DNA of 63,819 nucleotides, filler included, from Pelomyxa schiedti (GCA_020536535.1; 7 parts of 7 records of this genome joined end to end with filler, not necessarily neighbours in it); one strand, 5' to 3'; numbered from the whole stretch's first letter, positions 23,168 through 35,985 are shown. Translations and numbers: made by a program. Notes: generated by a model from the sequence alone, not told the origin.

Positions 23168-25017
23168 TCATAGGCTCATAAGAGCCATGCGAGCACGCTG
23201 GACCATTTGAAGGCCAAGGATGCAGTCATCAGTAATGAACCCGTCGTGTCCGTGGACAATTCCGTGCATAAAATCGGTCTCTGCATCAACTGTCCATGTG
23301 AATACTGGCATGAGGTGCCTGTGGGACAGTTTCACATCTGAAGAAAAAAATCCGTGTTAGTCACATGTCAAAAAACATTTGAAAAAAAAAAAAAAACCCT
23401 ACAATCGACTGTCGTTGTTGTGAAAGACTGGCTGAATCCACCCACACCTGTCAAAAATTGGTCACTTAATATCGAGAAAAAGTACTAGCAGCCAATTTCA
23501 GCCTACAAACCTAAATCTATGAGTTGCTCAAAGTAGGCGTCGTCATAAACCGCCGGCTGTGACTGTAGAAGCTGTTTCGATGTGGATGGCAACACTTTGT
23601 CTATGGCGATGGCCTATTTTTTGTAAATCGAAGGCCGTAAGCTCTGACGTAACGGGAAGAAAGTTTACCTCGCTGAGAGTCCAGCACGACGCAATTACGT
23701 TTGCTTGCATTTCGTACTTGTTGACCAAATCTGCAATCTCTTGTTCAATGCCTTCAACTTTGAGATCCATGATGATAAACGTGTTGTAGTTCTGTGTTAC
23801 GATCAACCATAAAAAAGGTATGGTCTCCAAACCAAAGACAACGCAATTCAAAAAGATAAAACGAGAAAAGTGGGAGATACTAAGGATGTACCCACCTTGG
23901 CAAGTTGGAGTGCCTCTTCAAACCGGGGTACGGGTGTGCCAGCGAATTCAGGTCCGAACCACGATCCAGCATCACATGAATCAATATCTTTTTACATGTT
24001 AGTCTGGGTACTTATCATTAGATTCAAAACTTTTAATAGAAGTATTTATTAAGTTCTACTAGTACTTACAGCCATAGTAGGGATTTGCACTAATGGCGCC
24101 AGTGCAATTTGTTGTTCGGTCAAGTGTTGTGTCATGCATTAAAATGACAACGCCGTCCTATGTTGAAGTAAGCACAGAAGGAAAGGCGCATGCCCAACTG
24201 ATGTCAGTTGCAAATCGGTCTCAAATCCATCAGCCAAGTTATCAAGAGCTGCCTGAAAAGAAACCATGGTATTCTCAGGATACATGCTGGGTAAGCCCCT
24301 GTGTCCTATCAGTCGTTAGGGAACTAATACTAGTAAGGAAGTGGCTGACGAACCAATTACGAGAGGTGCAGTTCTGTTAGTGTCTGGAGTAAGTAGACCT
24401 ATGGCATGAAGACAGTGCCCACTAAGAACTGAAACAAACGTCTTGCCATTCCACTCCCACTGGTCTGCAGGCTTCATAAAATAGAAGTAAGATTCTCTCT
24501 CCCTTGGAGGGGGGAAAAAGTGCATACACTATTGGAGGAACAAGTTTCCACATCGGCGTTGGCATAGCTTCCAGTGCAATGCTGCTGAACGTGTAAGCAC
24601 TTATTATCAAGTGCTGTTGTAAGTTGTTTCTAAGAAGTGATTAGGCACAACGATAAACCAAAACGAGCAAAAGACAAGAAAATTACAGTATTTGAGTTGT
24701 AGGTCCACTTTTGATTGGACTTTCCAGTCCCGCACTCATAGAGTTGAGCATTAGCCCCCTCGAATGTCTTATAACTCTCCACATCGAGGCACATCCCATT
24801 GGATATCAGAGTAAAGTCTATCGACCAGGAAGGTTAAACAAAAACGAGTGTGTCAGGTGAGACTGAATAAAGACATACGCCCATCAACAGCATTCAGGGA
24901 CCACTGTTGTTGAGTGTCATCAGAGACACAAGGCTTAACAGCCACGTTGCCGCCGTAAGGGGTACCCCAAACAAGCGCAACAAACGAAACCAACAACACA
25001 CAACGAGAAAGCCGCAT
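23168..25017 (-). CDS. Secreted ricin-B-lectin + glycerophosphodiester phosphodiesterase (GDPD), copy A
   Basis: Signal peptide MRLSRCVLLVSFVALVWG. QxW repeats (QQW, NQKW, DQW; GMCLDV). GDPD motifs G|HRGLPSMYPENTMVSF, DGFETDLQLT, LMHDTTLDRTT, VFTWTVD, DGFITD. Confidence 0.88.
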
Positions 25018-25061
25018 TCACAATATCAAAAGTCCGGTTATGAGAAATATAAAAGGGGCAA

Positions 25062-25109
25062 CCACCCAAAAGCAGCGCGCTTCGATCGAAGCGCGCTGCT
25101 TTTGGGTGG
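25062..25109. repeat. 48-bp perfect palindrome
   Basis: CCACCCAAAAGCAGCGCGCTTCGA|TCGAAGCGCGCTGCTTTTGGGTGG. Confidence 0.95.
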
Positions 25110-25224
25110 GGCAGGATTCTTTTCGTAAGCAGAAGTGGTCTTAGAGACATACGAGAGGAACTAGTAAAGTAATAAATTAAAAAAACCCACAGTGCCATAC
25201 AGCAAAAAAAAACTTAAAAAAGTA

Positions 25225-25296
25225 TGAGGACGAAGGGACTTGAACCCCCAACCGTCAGATCTGGAGTCTGACGCACTACCATTATGCTACGTCCCC
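25225..25296 (-). tRNA. tRNA-Trp(CCA)
   Basis: GGGGACG/CGTCCTC acceptor, TCAGA-CTCCAGA-TCTGA anticodon arm, GGTTCAAGTCC, downstream T-run. Confidence 0.93.
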
Positions 25297-25431
25297 TTGT
25301 TGTTGCCAAGCCAATGGGAAAAACACATCCTCTATAGACAACTTTCTTTTTTTTCCTCTTCTTTTTTTTTTTATGAAGGAAAAGCCCCAAGCAAAACAAA
25401 GGGCTCTGTTCCCTGCTGCTAGCTTTTAGAA

Positions 25432-25503
25432 TCCGATGTGGTGTAGTTGGTAACATTAGAGACTCTCACTCTCTAGCCCGGGGTTCGATTCCCCGCATCG
25501 GAA
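25432..25503 (+). tRNA. tRNA-Glu(CTC)
   Basis: TCCGATG/CATCGGA acceptor, AGAGA-CTCTCAC-TCTCT anticodon arm, GGTTCGATTCC. Confidence 0.93.
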
Positions 25504-25851
25504 GACAACAATAATTTTATATTATATACACACCCCCCAGCCCGCCATAAGACAGAGAGAGACCCGCACAGGGGCCCACATGGTTTTTTCTTTGATTCTC
25601 TCACACACTTTTTTGCTTTGTTACACACGAGCTTCGATCGAAGCGCGCTGCTTTTGGGTGGGGCAGGATTCTTTTCGTAAGCAGAAGTGGTCTTAGAGAC
25701 ATACGAGAGGAACTAGTAAAGTAATAAATTAAAAAAACCCACAGTGCCATANNNNNNNNNNNNNNNNNNNNNNNNNNNNNNNNNNNNNNNNNNNNNNNNN
25801 NNNNNNNNNNNNNNNNNNNNNNNNNNNNNNNNNNNNNNNNNNNNNNNNNNN

Positions 25852-25901
25852 CCCAACCGTCAGATCTGGAGTCTGACGCACTACCATTATGCTACGTCCC
25901 C
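25852..25901 (-). tRNA. tRNA-Trp(CCA), second copy cut by a gap (within a duplicate of ~25079-25375)
   Basis: Identical to the 5' portion of 25225-25296. Confidence 0.75.
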
Positions 25902-26082
25902 TTGTTGTTGCCAAGCCAATGGGAAAAACACATCCTCTATAGACAACTTTCTTTTTTTTCCTCTTCTTTTTTCTTTTCCTTCTTTAAAAAACTGTATGGC
26001 GGCGTTGTGAAATTAATGTGCTTCCAAAGGGAAAGCTGTGCTCATTTTTTATTGGTGTTGGGTTTTAGTGGTACTTGTACTT

Positions 26083-27617
26083 CTAGAAAAGATTTTTCCC
26101 TTTTAGTGGACAGTAGAACCCTGTGCTGGACCGAATGGGGCCAAAGCACTTGTTGCATGACACACAAGCTGATCTGTTTTTGATTAAGTGACTTGGAGAG
26201 GCTGTGATATATGTACCGTGCATTCTCTGGGTCACTTTGCCATCGAAGAACAAGGGTGGGTTCTCTGATGAAAGGGCGGGCTAGTGATATGATATCACAG
26301 GAACCACCAGAAATGAACTCCTTTTGGAAGTATTAGTGTGGGTATGGTGTTTGCTTAACAGTTGGTCACCTGCGCACTTTTTGGTGATCTTATTCCACCC
26401 ACTAAGGCAACAGCGGTGGAGGAAAGGCCTGCGTGAGAAAGGGCTTGCTTCCACGAAGTGGAACCTGTGGCATGGTGACCTTCTTTCCCCTGGGCAACTA
26501 TGGTGGTTCAGTTTTTTTACACAAGGTGTGGCGTATACCAGTTCTACATGATGCAAAAGAAGACATGGATGTTCCTCCACTAGCTTCTAGGAGACAAACG
26601 CCAGCTTTCGCAAGTGCAACAGCAACAACTGTTGACTCCTAAAGGAGTTGTAATTACTTACAGCTGTAGGGGATAGGAGGTACCTCTACTGTCAGACCCT
26701 GCGAATGGAAATCGGCTGTGTTCAGTTTAGCAAGGATCGGATAATTAGGACCAACTTCAGCTCGGACGGCGGCAACAATCTGAGAACCGCCATTGTGTAT
26801 TTGTATAGTGAAAAGTAATGTAATACCTCTAACACCCATTTCAATCTATTTTCGATGCTTCCTCCATGTTCATCGGTCCTCTGATTGAAGAGTGGCGATA
26901 ACCACTGTGATAGTAAGAATCCATGTGCCATATGGAGCATCACAGCGTCAAATCCTGCAGCTTTAACCCTCCTGGCAGCATTGACAAAATTGTTTAATAT
27001 GCGTGCCATGGTGGCAGTATCAGCAGCAATGCAATTGGGTGCCACAGGTTTATCAGGGTTCTCTGACTTAATTTCACAATCACACGGCCCAATACTAGGT
27101 GAACTCATTGATACACGGCCGCCATGATTGATTTGAAGTGCAATGTGACCGCCAGAAGCGTGGACAGCATCAGTCATGCGCCGTAGACCTGCAATGTGAC
27201 TATCATCATATACACCTATTTGTCCCACACCAGTCTGTATTTATTTTAAAAAACCTATGAGAAGTGCTTAAGAAAACCCAACCTGACCATCTTGAGAGAC
27301 ATAAGCATATGATGCAATAATCAGGCCAACATTCCCCTTGGCCAGTTCCACCATTTTTTCAATAAGAACATCAGTAACCTGTTTCACAGAGGAGTGAGTT
27401 TTCCAAAAATGAATGTCCACCTACATGCCCGGTTGCATCAGCCAAGCCTTCCCATGTGGCTGACCTCATTATTCTATTCCTCATTGTTACCTCTTAACAA
27501 ACTATCTTCAGTACCAGAAGCAAACTGCGGTGTAAAAACGATAACATATTTATAATAGATGAATTGTAATGAACCTGTTGTCCCGCTGCGAAGGACAAAA
27601 GGCTGAAACAAACTCAT
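26083..27617 (-). CDS. NADH:flavin oxidoreductase (old yellow enzyme family), multi-exon
   Basis: MSLFQPF..|EVTMRNRIMRSATWEG, ALQINHGGR, AAGFDAVMLHMAHGFLLSQWLSPLFNQRTDEHGGSIENR, VALVGGIRS, ISLARPFIREP, CVSCNKC. Confidence 0.92.
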
Positions 27618-27755
27618 GTCCGCTGGGGAAATCGTTGTTGCCATTGGCCAAAAGGTTTTTTTTTTCTTCTAACAAAAAAGCTGTTCTTGTGTTTACTACT
27701 TCGAAATTCTATTTTCTAAAGCACAGTTGCAAGCTTTTATTAGGGGATCGATTGG

Positions 27756-30398
27756 ATGGCATCCACGAGCAGCACCACCGAGACCTCAGCGTCGGCCTCA
27801 GGGTCGCCCTCGCAGTTGCTATGTGACGTGGTGGTGGTCGCTGCCGTTCCCCTTTTCGTGGCCCCCAAGCCCGCCGGCGCCTCGTCGGTCGCCTCGGCCT
27901 CGGCCTCGGCGGCGCGCTCTCAGCAGCACCAACAGCAACAGCAGCAGCGGGGGCCGGGGAAGCTCGACCCCAAGCTGGCGCTGCAGGCGTTCGAGCTGGT
28001 TGGGGGAGGGGCGATAAAGGGGTTCAAGTCGTGCGAGTGGGAGGTGAGGAGGACGACGTCGGCGGCGGCGGCGGCGGGGACGCTGGGGCTGGCGTGCGTC
28101 GGGGAGGAGTACGTGGTGGCGGCGTCCCCAAACAGGCCTATTATACAACTGTGGTCCTGGCAGAAGGTAGGACTCAACTTTGGTTTTTTTTTTTTTTAGT
28201 TCTGTTAGTTTGGTTTTTTGTGTGGCGCAGGGGAATCACACCTTGCCACAGTTTGTGTTTGAAAAAGCTTATTAAATACGATTGAGAAGCTAACAATTTT
28301 TTTTTTTTTTTTAGGGTCAACCTTTGTTGAAATGCCCGATAGGTGAAACACTGGGATGCTTGGCTGTGGGATGTGCTAATCACTTTCTGTTTGCTGGAAG
28401 TGATTCTGGGGCTATATTCTTGTGGGAGGTGTGTGACTATTCATGCTAGTGAAAGTATGTTGTGACACTTGTGTTGCTTTGCGATATATCAAGCTAATCA
28501 ATGTTAAGATTGGATCTGGCAGGCTCGTACGGTTTTGGGAAGGTCATTTTAAGCGTGTGAGTATGCTCCCTGTTGGGTCCAATTTCACAATTAGTCAGGT
28601 TTCTTCATTAGCTATAACCAAAGACGATGGCTTCCTTGTCTCTGCAGGAGAGGACGCTTTCATTCACGTTTGGGATATTGCCAGGTTTGAAGTTTTCATT
28701 TTATCCAGTACTAAATGGTTTACAGTGTCATGAATGAGGCCCACGTTTCCCGACCCTCTGTAAGTAACACCAGATAACTTTGAGATTGTTTTGACCTTGT
28801 TTTCCCCCAGGATATCAAACCTTTTCGCACATGGTCAGAACATTCTCTTCCTGTTACACAAGTAGTCTGTGGATTTGCTGGTGTATCATCACGTGTAGTT
28901 TCCGTTTCTCTGGATCACACCATGAAAATTTGGGACATCCCAAGTGGAGTTTTGGTCTACTCAGTTCTTTTTCCATCTGGCCTTACTTGTGTGGCACTCG
29001 ATCCCTTAGACCGATATGCTGTAGTGGGTTCTAGGGACTCCAATCTGTATCGGTGAGAGGAATAGACTTCTTATGAAATATGCTCGCTCACATAACTTAG
29101 AATTGATCTTATTGAGGACTTAGCAACAAATCAGCAACAACAGCAGCAACAAACCAGCTTACAAAACAAAAACAAGCTTTCTGGAGGCCATACTCTTCCT
29201 GTTACATGTGTTTGTATAACGAACAACGGACAAACGATTGTAAGTGGTGGACTTGATGGCACAGTAGTATGCTGGGACCCATTTTCCTGCAACCCATCAG
29301 CAACCCTTACCAGAGTAAAAGGTAAATGGCTCGCTACTTCTCTCAACTGACAATTCTTTAAGGGGGACAGATAGCAGCAGTGAGTGTATGCAAGTATCCC
29401 ACTGCCCTAAAACTGGGGCAAAATAGAACGAAGAAGTCTGCGATTATTTTGCAGCCGTTCTCCAAGTTTCCTAAACACAGGAAAGGTTATTCCCAGTGCG
29501 AATCAGTGAATCTTGACTGAACAACATTACAGCAGAAGAAATACCAGAGGCAGTTGCTGTGCCAATTCACCCGCTCATGGTAAATGCTATGCGGCAAGAG
29601 TTAAATGACATATGGGATGATGAAACAACTGGACAGGAAGTAATTCCCCATACTGATTCTGAATTAGTGCAACACATGACAAACTTTTTGGTGGACGAAC
29701 ACCCCTTTACAGGGTTCCAATCATCTCTTAAAGAGTACGTCGAAACACTGCAAAAACAAATGCTCACCAATCAAATTTAGCAAGGTGAAAGAATACAAGG
29801 AGAGAGAGAAAAGGTGGCAGTCAGTCATTCAGCAAGTACAAACTATTTTTTTTTTGTTCTTTTCCCAGTTTAACAGCGATCCTAGCTTTATTCGAACCAA
29901 GTTGACACTGCTTTTAGAGCGGGCGGGTCCAAACCTCCCCAATTTCCAAAAAAGGAACACACAGAAGACCAAGCACTGGACACTCCCACCCTACCTTTAC
30001 CTCTTGCAAGCACAACCAATAGCTCCAGTGGAGGCACTGATCAAATTCTCATCCCATTTCAACTCTCCGAAACAGCAACCACTCGGCAAAAGCGGAACCT
30101 CAAATCCAAATTCAAGTCCAACTCCCGATCCCGCAACACCACAACAACCACAATGACACCAGAAGAAGAAGAGCAACTCAGGCGAGAGAGAGTGAAGCAA
30201 GACAAGCTTCGGCTCATGGCCAAAGTACGCGGCCGGAAAGCCAGCAAAGCCAAGAGAGTACTGCGAGCAGTTGCACTTGAGGCCAATGCACAAAAGGCAG
30301 CCAAGAGGCAACGCCCAAAGGGGTCATCACCATCCCCCAGTCCCACTCCATCCAAGAAAAAACGGCTCAGTTTCAGCAAATCCAAGGCCACAGACTGA
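27756..30398 (+). CDS. WDR18: WD40 protein of the WDR18/Ipi3 (Rix1 complex) type, with a basic C-terminal tail
   Basis: IQLWSWQK|GQPLLKCP, FAGSDSGAIFLWE|IGSGRLVRFWEGHFKR|VSSLAITKDDGFLVSAGED, TWSEHSLPVT, SVSLDHTMKIWD. Confidence 0.8.
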
Positions 30399-30627
30399 AC
30401 TGAGCTGAATGAAAGACCGAAACGCGACTCCCCAAGAGACACTACACCCATCACACCGAGAAACAAGCAAATGCTTGATGTTTTACCGCTTCAAGAAATA
30501 AAAAAAACGGATGAAAAAATATCCAATTGGAAACCGAATTCTTAAAGGGAAAAAAATTAACCGGGTTTAAACGCCAAAAACATTCAAAAAAAAAGACAAC
30601 CAAAAGAACCAAACTTAAAAAACAAAA

Positions 30628-33268
30628 ATGGACACAAGCAGCGCTGCGGTGACGTCGAGTTCTGCGACAACGGAGGCAACAGCGACAACTGCGACAAAGG
30701 CGACGGATGCAAAGCCGAAAGAGGAGGTGAAAGTCATTAAGAGGAGGACAAGCGGAAACCCAAGCGAGGAAGAAATCACTTGCGTGGTGTGCTTCGCGAT
30801 CGCCGACGATCCGATTGTTCTTCCCGGTTGCAACCATGTCGTGTGTTGCGGCTGCGTTGGACGCGTTCTTCACGCGGTTTCCGTTTGCGATCTCAAGAGC
30901 AACATGGAGCTGATGGATTCACTTGATGGCGAGGTGTTGACAACAAAGGTCATGATTTGCGCCTCTTGCGGAGCAGAGGGAAAGGTCAAGCCGGGCGCCG
31001 AACTGGAGAAGAATCCATTGCTCACGGCTGTGTGCGCTGAAAAGAGACTCCTCATCTCGAATGCCCAGCGCGTAAATTGCAGCGTTTGCCAAGAGGAAGG
31101 CAGATCGGTAAGGACGAAATTATTCATTTTACTGAACTCACTTTGCTTTGACCTAGACTGCCGCCGACCTAGATTGCACCAACTGCGATGTAGCTTTTTG
31201 CAAAAGTTGCTGGGATGCTACACACAGAGGTGGAATGAAGAGACACGTTACTGCTGTAATTGTGTGTAATTTTTTTTTCCCCTACCGTGCTTGAGATAAC
31301 TTTTTGCCAGAAAGCATCAAGAAACCCCAACCAACTGAGCAATTGCTTCAAACACCCCAATGAGCAGTGCAAGATTTTCTGCAACACTTGCAAAGAAAAC
31401 ATTTGTTATATTTGTGCAACAGTTTCTAATTCACCTCATCACGGTCACGTGATTGTTCCTATTGGAGATGCTATCGAGTATGTCTGCAAACAAACATTCA
31501 AAATTTTAAGAACCCTTTAGGGAGGCACAAAAAGCTATTTCTGAAGCTATGGTTCCCCTTCAGGAGAAGAAACGTGCATTGATAGCTCAAAAGGAACGAA
31601 TTCCCAAACTCATGGCGTTGCTAGATGAGGTTCATTTTTCGTAATTTCTTTTGATTCTTACTGACTGCGTATAGCGACAAAAGGAAACTGAGGCGGAGGT
31701 GACAAAAAAGCTTGTGGGCTTAAATGAGCTCTGGAGTGCCTTCACTGCTCAACTCTCCGAAAGTGGAAAAACCAAATCAAATTTGCAGAGTATGTTGACG
31801 TTGACTGTGAAAGTTTACAGCAGTTGATGTGCTTTTAAGGGCAATGTCTGGGTATTCTCGGGTCACAATTGGACAGTGCTCTCGAGCAACTTGACACTTT
31901 TACCTATCAGGCCACAACAGTCCTGCCATCTATGGATGATGGCAAGATGATGTCATTGAACGCTCTGATTTGCCAAATTAGTGTATGTGTTCTTTCTACC
32001 TAGTATGAAGGCTAAGCCACTACTAGGAAAATATGCAAAAATTCTCCAAACTTGAGGTTATGGATATTCCTGATCCACAACTATTTTTGAAAGCACCAGA
32101 CACACTCCCTACGCAGTTCGCTAAGCTACTGGTACACTTCCACCTTCGTGTCCCAATTTAACTTTTTTCAAGGAATCCTGCTCTGTGGAAAGGCCACCCT
32201 TGCCTCCAATCGTGGTTATTATGCCGTTCTCCAGTTTCGCCAATGTTAGTGGAACTGATGATCTTATTATTTCATCAACCACTACGTTGACCGACGAGAA
32301 TATCACAAAATCTTACCGCAACATCGTCATTAAGAAAGGGGCTGTTGTCACAGTTAGTGCTTGGAACGGAACAACTGGTGGTGTTGCCAGGCTCTCGTAC
32401 GTTGTACCAAAAATGTTAAGTAGCACTAATGGTCTCCAGGTGCTTCTCTTTTTCTTTGGAGGAGGGAGCAACAATCGATGTTTCCGGCAAAGGTTACCGC
32501 GGTGCAGATACCATTAAGACCAACGAGCAGGAGGGCCAAGCAAGCCAAGGAGAAAGCGAGAAGGGTATGGGCACGAAAGCTAAGACACCCAACGGCTCAG
32601 GAGGAGGTGGTGGCAATGGCTCAGGCAAATTCGGATCCACTGGTGGCGGTGGTGGCGGTTACAGTACGTAATGTTCTCTTTAAAGTGTTTTTCTTATGAA
32701 ACTTCAGCCAACAAGGGAAGCAACGCTGATGACAACAAATACAGCGGCGGCACATACCCTGGTGGTGAAGGAGGTCTTGCCATTGAAATTCCTCAAGATG
32801 TTGAAAAGCTTCCACTTGGTTCAGGCGGTGGTGCTGGTCACCCGTGAGCTTCCTTTGTTTTCCTCGTTCGTAACTCACCCCCAAGAAAGGTACTCAACCG
32901 GAACTGCCGGAGCTGGAGGAAACGGCGGTGGCGTGGTCAAAATAGTCAGCAACTTGGCAGAAATCAACGGAACCATCCTGAGCAATGGGCTGCCCGGTGG
33001 GGAAGGAAACCAATACTCCTCTGGAGGCGGTGGCGGCAGTGGTGGAGCAATTGCCCTCAAGGTAGCAAGCCGCCTCGTGATTGGACCAACCGCAGTTCTC
33101 ACAGCCAACGGCGGCAAGGGAGGCGAGGCCCACCCTACCTGCGGCAACATCTCATCCAATGGTGGCAACGGCAGCATCGGCACAGTCATCATCCACGTAG
33201 CCACCAAGGAGTTGGCACAAATGGAAGGCAAAATCACACCCCCAGCAACAATCCGCACAGGAAACTAA
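30628..33268 (+). CDS. TRIM/RBCC-like protein: RING, two B-boxes, coiled coil, glycine-rich repeat domain
   Basis: CVVC..GCNHVVCCGC..CASC; CSVC..CTNCDVAFCKSCWDATH; CFKHPNEQCKIFCNTCKENICYIC..HHGH; then IDVSGKGYRG and GGGGGSGGAI repeats. Confidence 0.85.
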
Positions 33269-33426
33269 ACCCAAAGGAAACAAAGCAGAAAAAGATTCCA
33301 GACTTCCATTTTTTCAATCAATATCACTTTTCATGTTGTTTTTGTGAAGTCCCTTTCTTCGTCTGTAGTTTGTTCCGAAAATTTGCCCTGATTCGGCAAA
33401 CCGAATACGAAAAAACAATCAAGGGG

Positions 33427-34184
33427 ATGATGAGGGGTTGTACTGTACTTGCGGTGTTCGTGTGTGTTGCGTCAGCACTGTGGCAGGAGCAGTTGCCTGC
33501 AACCACGACTGGGGGACCTTCTTCTGGCCTAATTCCCGCGGACGACTACGCGGTGATACAGAAATACGCCGAGGCTTATATGTCGGTGTGTAGTAGTGGT
33601 AGTAGTCGCCGGCCGCCGCGACGACGTCGCCCATCCCCCTTCGATCTCATTGTGGGTTTGAATTAGGGAACGTATCACGGAATCAACGCGGAAACGGCAC
33701 ATAGCAACTTGACCAATTTCTTCGTGTTAGACGTGAGGGGGTACGCGGACTACTGCCTTGGCCACGTTCCAGGGGCCATTAACATACCATTTGCTGAGCT
33801 CGGCAAACAGACCAACCTGGACAAGCTCCCTTCTGTATGTATAGCATGACACATGATATCATTTTGCATCTGGAATACATGCACTCACAAAACCGACACC
33901 TTTTGCACCGCACATATCCCCTTGCTTACAATTGATTGCAATACTACTACAAGTATGCCTAAGTATATTTTACACAGGACCAACAAATTCTTGTTGTTTG
34001 CTACACTGGGCACAGTGCCTCACAGGCAACTTCCATCCTTGGCCTTATGGGCTATGATGCCTGGGCTATGTCATTTGGAATGGTGGCATGGCGTGACAAG
34101 ACTCTCGTGAACGTGTATTCTTCAAAGGATGCACAGCTAATTTATGGTGGAAACTATGAACAAACTGTTGGTTGTGATCCATAA
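33427..34184 (+). CDS. Rhodanese-like sulfurtransferase with signal peptide, 3 exons
   Basis: VLDVRGYADYCLGHVPGAINIPF; active-site loop VVCYTGHSA; GMVAW. Confidence 0.9.
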
Positions 34185-34474
34185 CCAACATCTACCAAGG
34201 AAAAACAAGCAAAAAAGAAAATTACAATTTTTACAATTTTATAGTTGGGTACAGGTGGTTGTGGGGTTTTGAGAGTGTGAAATGTGGGCCATGTTTACTG
34301 GCCGATTTGAGAGGAGCCATGTTTACTGGCTTTTGGGGAGGAGAAAAAGTGTACTGATATACCTTGGACACCTTTNNNNNNNNNNNNNNNNNNNNNNNNN
34401 NNNNNNNNNNNNNNNNNNNNNNNNNNNNNNNNNNNNNNNNNNNNNNNNNNNNNNNNNNNNNNNNNNNNNNNNNN

Positions 34475-34998
34475 NCTTGATGTTTTACCGCTTCAAGAAA
34501 TAAAAAAAACGGATGAAAAAATATCCAATTGGAAACCGAATTCTTAAAGGGAAAAAAATTAACCGGGTTTAAACGCCAAAAACATTCAAAAAAAAAAGGA
34601 ACACACAGAAGACCAAGCACTGGGCACTCCCACCCTACCTTTACCTCTTGCAAGCACAACCAATAGCTCCAGTGGAGGCACTGATCAAATTCTCATCCCA
34701 TTCCAACTCTCCGAAACAGCAACCACTCGGCAAAAGCGGAACCTCAAATCCAAATTCAAGTCCAACTCCCGATCCCGCAACACCACAACAACCACAATGA
34801 CACCAGAAGAAGAAGAGCAACTTAGGCGAGAGAGAGTGAAGCAAGACAAGCTGCGGCTCATGGCCAAAGTACGCGGTCGGAAAGCCAGCAAAGCCAAGAG
34901 AGTACTGCGAGCAGTTGCACTTGAGGCCAATGCACAAAAGGCAGCCAAGAGGCAACGCCCAAAGGGGTCATCACCATCCCCCAGTCCCACTCCATCCA
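34475..34998. repeat. Rearranged duplicate of ~30474-30594 joined to ~29948-30357
   Basis: Two near-identical pieces of the preceding region in swapped order, joined in a poly-A run. Confidence 0.85.
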
Positions 34999-35985
34999 NN
35001 NNNNNNNNNNNNNNNNNNNNNNNNNNNNNNNNNNNNNNNNNNTTAATTAATTAANNNNNNNNNNNNNNNNNNNNNNNNNNNNNNNNNNNNNNNNNNNNAC
35101 TCAACAACAAACTCATGGGACTGTCCCTCAACAACAGGAACACCTATCAACACAACAACCATCACTGACCTTTGTTCCTCCCACCCTCATAAGAAAAATT
35201 ACCTTCTCTGGAAAAAAAATACAAGTATGAGACCAACATTTCAACACATGTTTATGGTTTATGTTCGAATTGGTTTCGGAAGTGCAAAAACCAAATTTTC
35301 TTTGGTATCTTTTAATTCTTATCACAAGCAATGGGTCATCATGGCAGTAGCCTTGATCGCAAATTGACTTCAGAAATGGAGAGCCCCTGTTTTGATGTGG
35401 GATTGAAATGAAATAGCATCGCCGGCTCTTAATTATTATATTTATTATCTTTATAAAGGGGAAAGAACGTACCTTGTTTGGGTCCTTGTTGTTTGTTTGT
35501 CCACTGTGTGGGGCGACTGTTCATTGTATGATGGCAAGAAACGATAAGATCATAGATAATCGATGTCTTGTCGTAATGTCCATATTGACAGGACACCAAA
35601 AAAAAAAGTGACGGGCACCAGGCCACATTGGTGACTCATCACCTGGTTGGTCTTTTTCGTTGGAACGGTATTCTGTTTCATCAATTTAACTGACAGTAAA
35701 AGACAAGTGCATTGGGTCCTTCTCGTTCTCCAAGGCCTGGGGTACTTCGACGTGAACACAACATCGATGAGCATGCCTGCTCTAAAGACATTATGAGCTT
35801 CTTGCCCGGTCAATCTGTTTTTGACCCGACAAACACGCCGCGGGCAGCCATCGACCAATTTGTTTGTCACTGTGCTTTGTGTGCGGTTTGTATCAGTCTT
35901 CTTCGGTTCGTCATTATCCTACAATTAAATCGCGTCGTCCGCAATAAATGTGTGGGAGTTGGACACGGACACAACTTTGTTTTTA

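Noticed and set aside
25225-25296. tRNA-Trp as a UGA read-through tRNA with a shortened anticodon stem
   Set aside because: The stem is a normal 5 bp, and TGA is the commonest stop here.
35099-35900. Possible spliced gene on the minus strand
   Set aside because: I could not assemble a consistent reading frame or find a motif.
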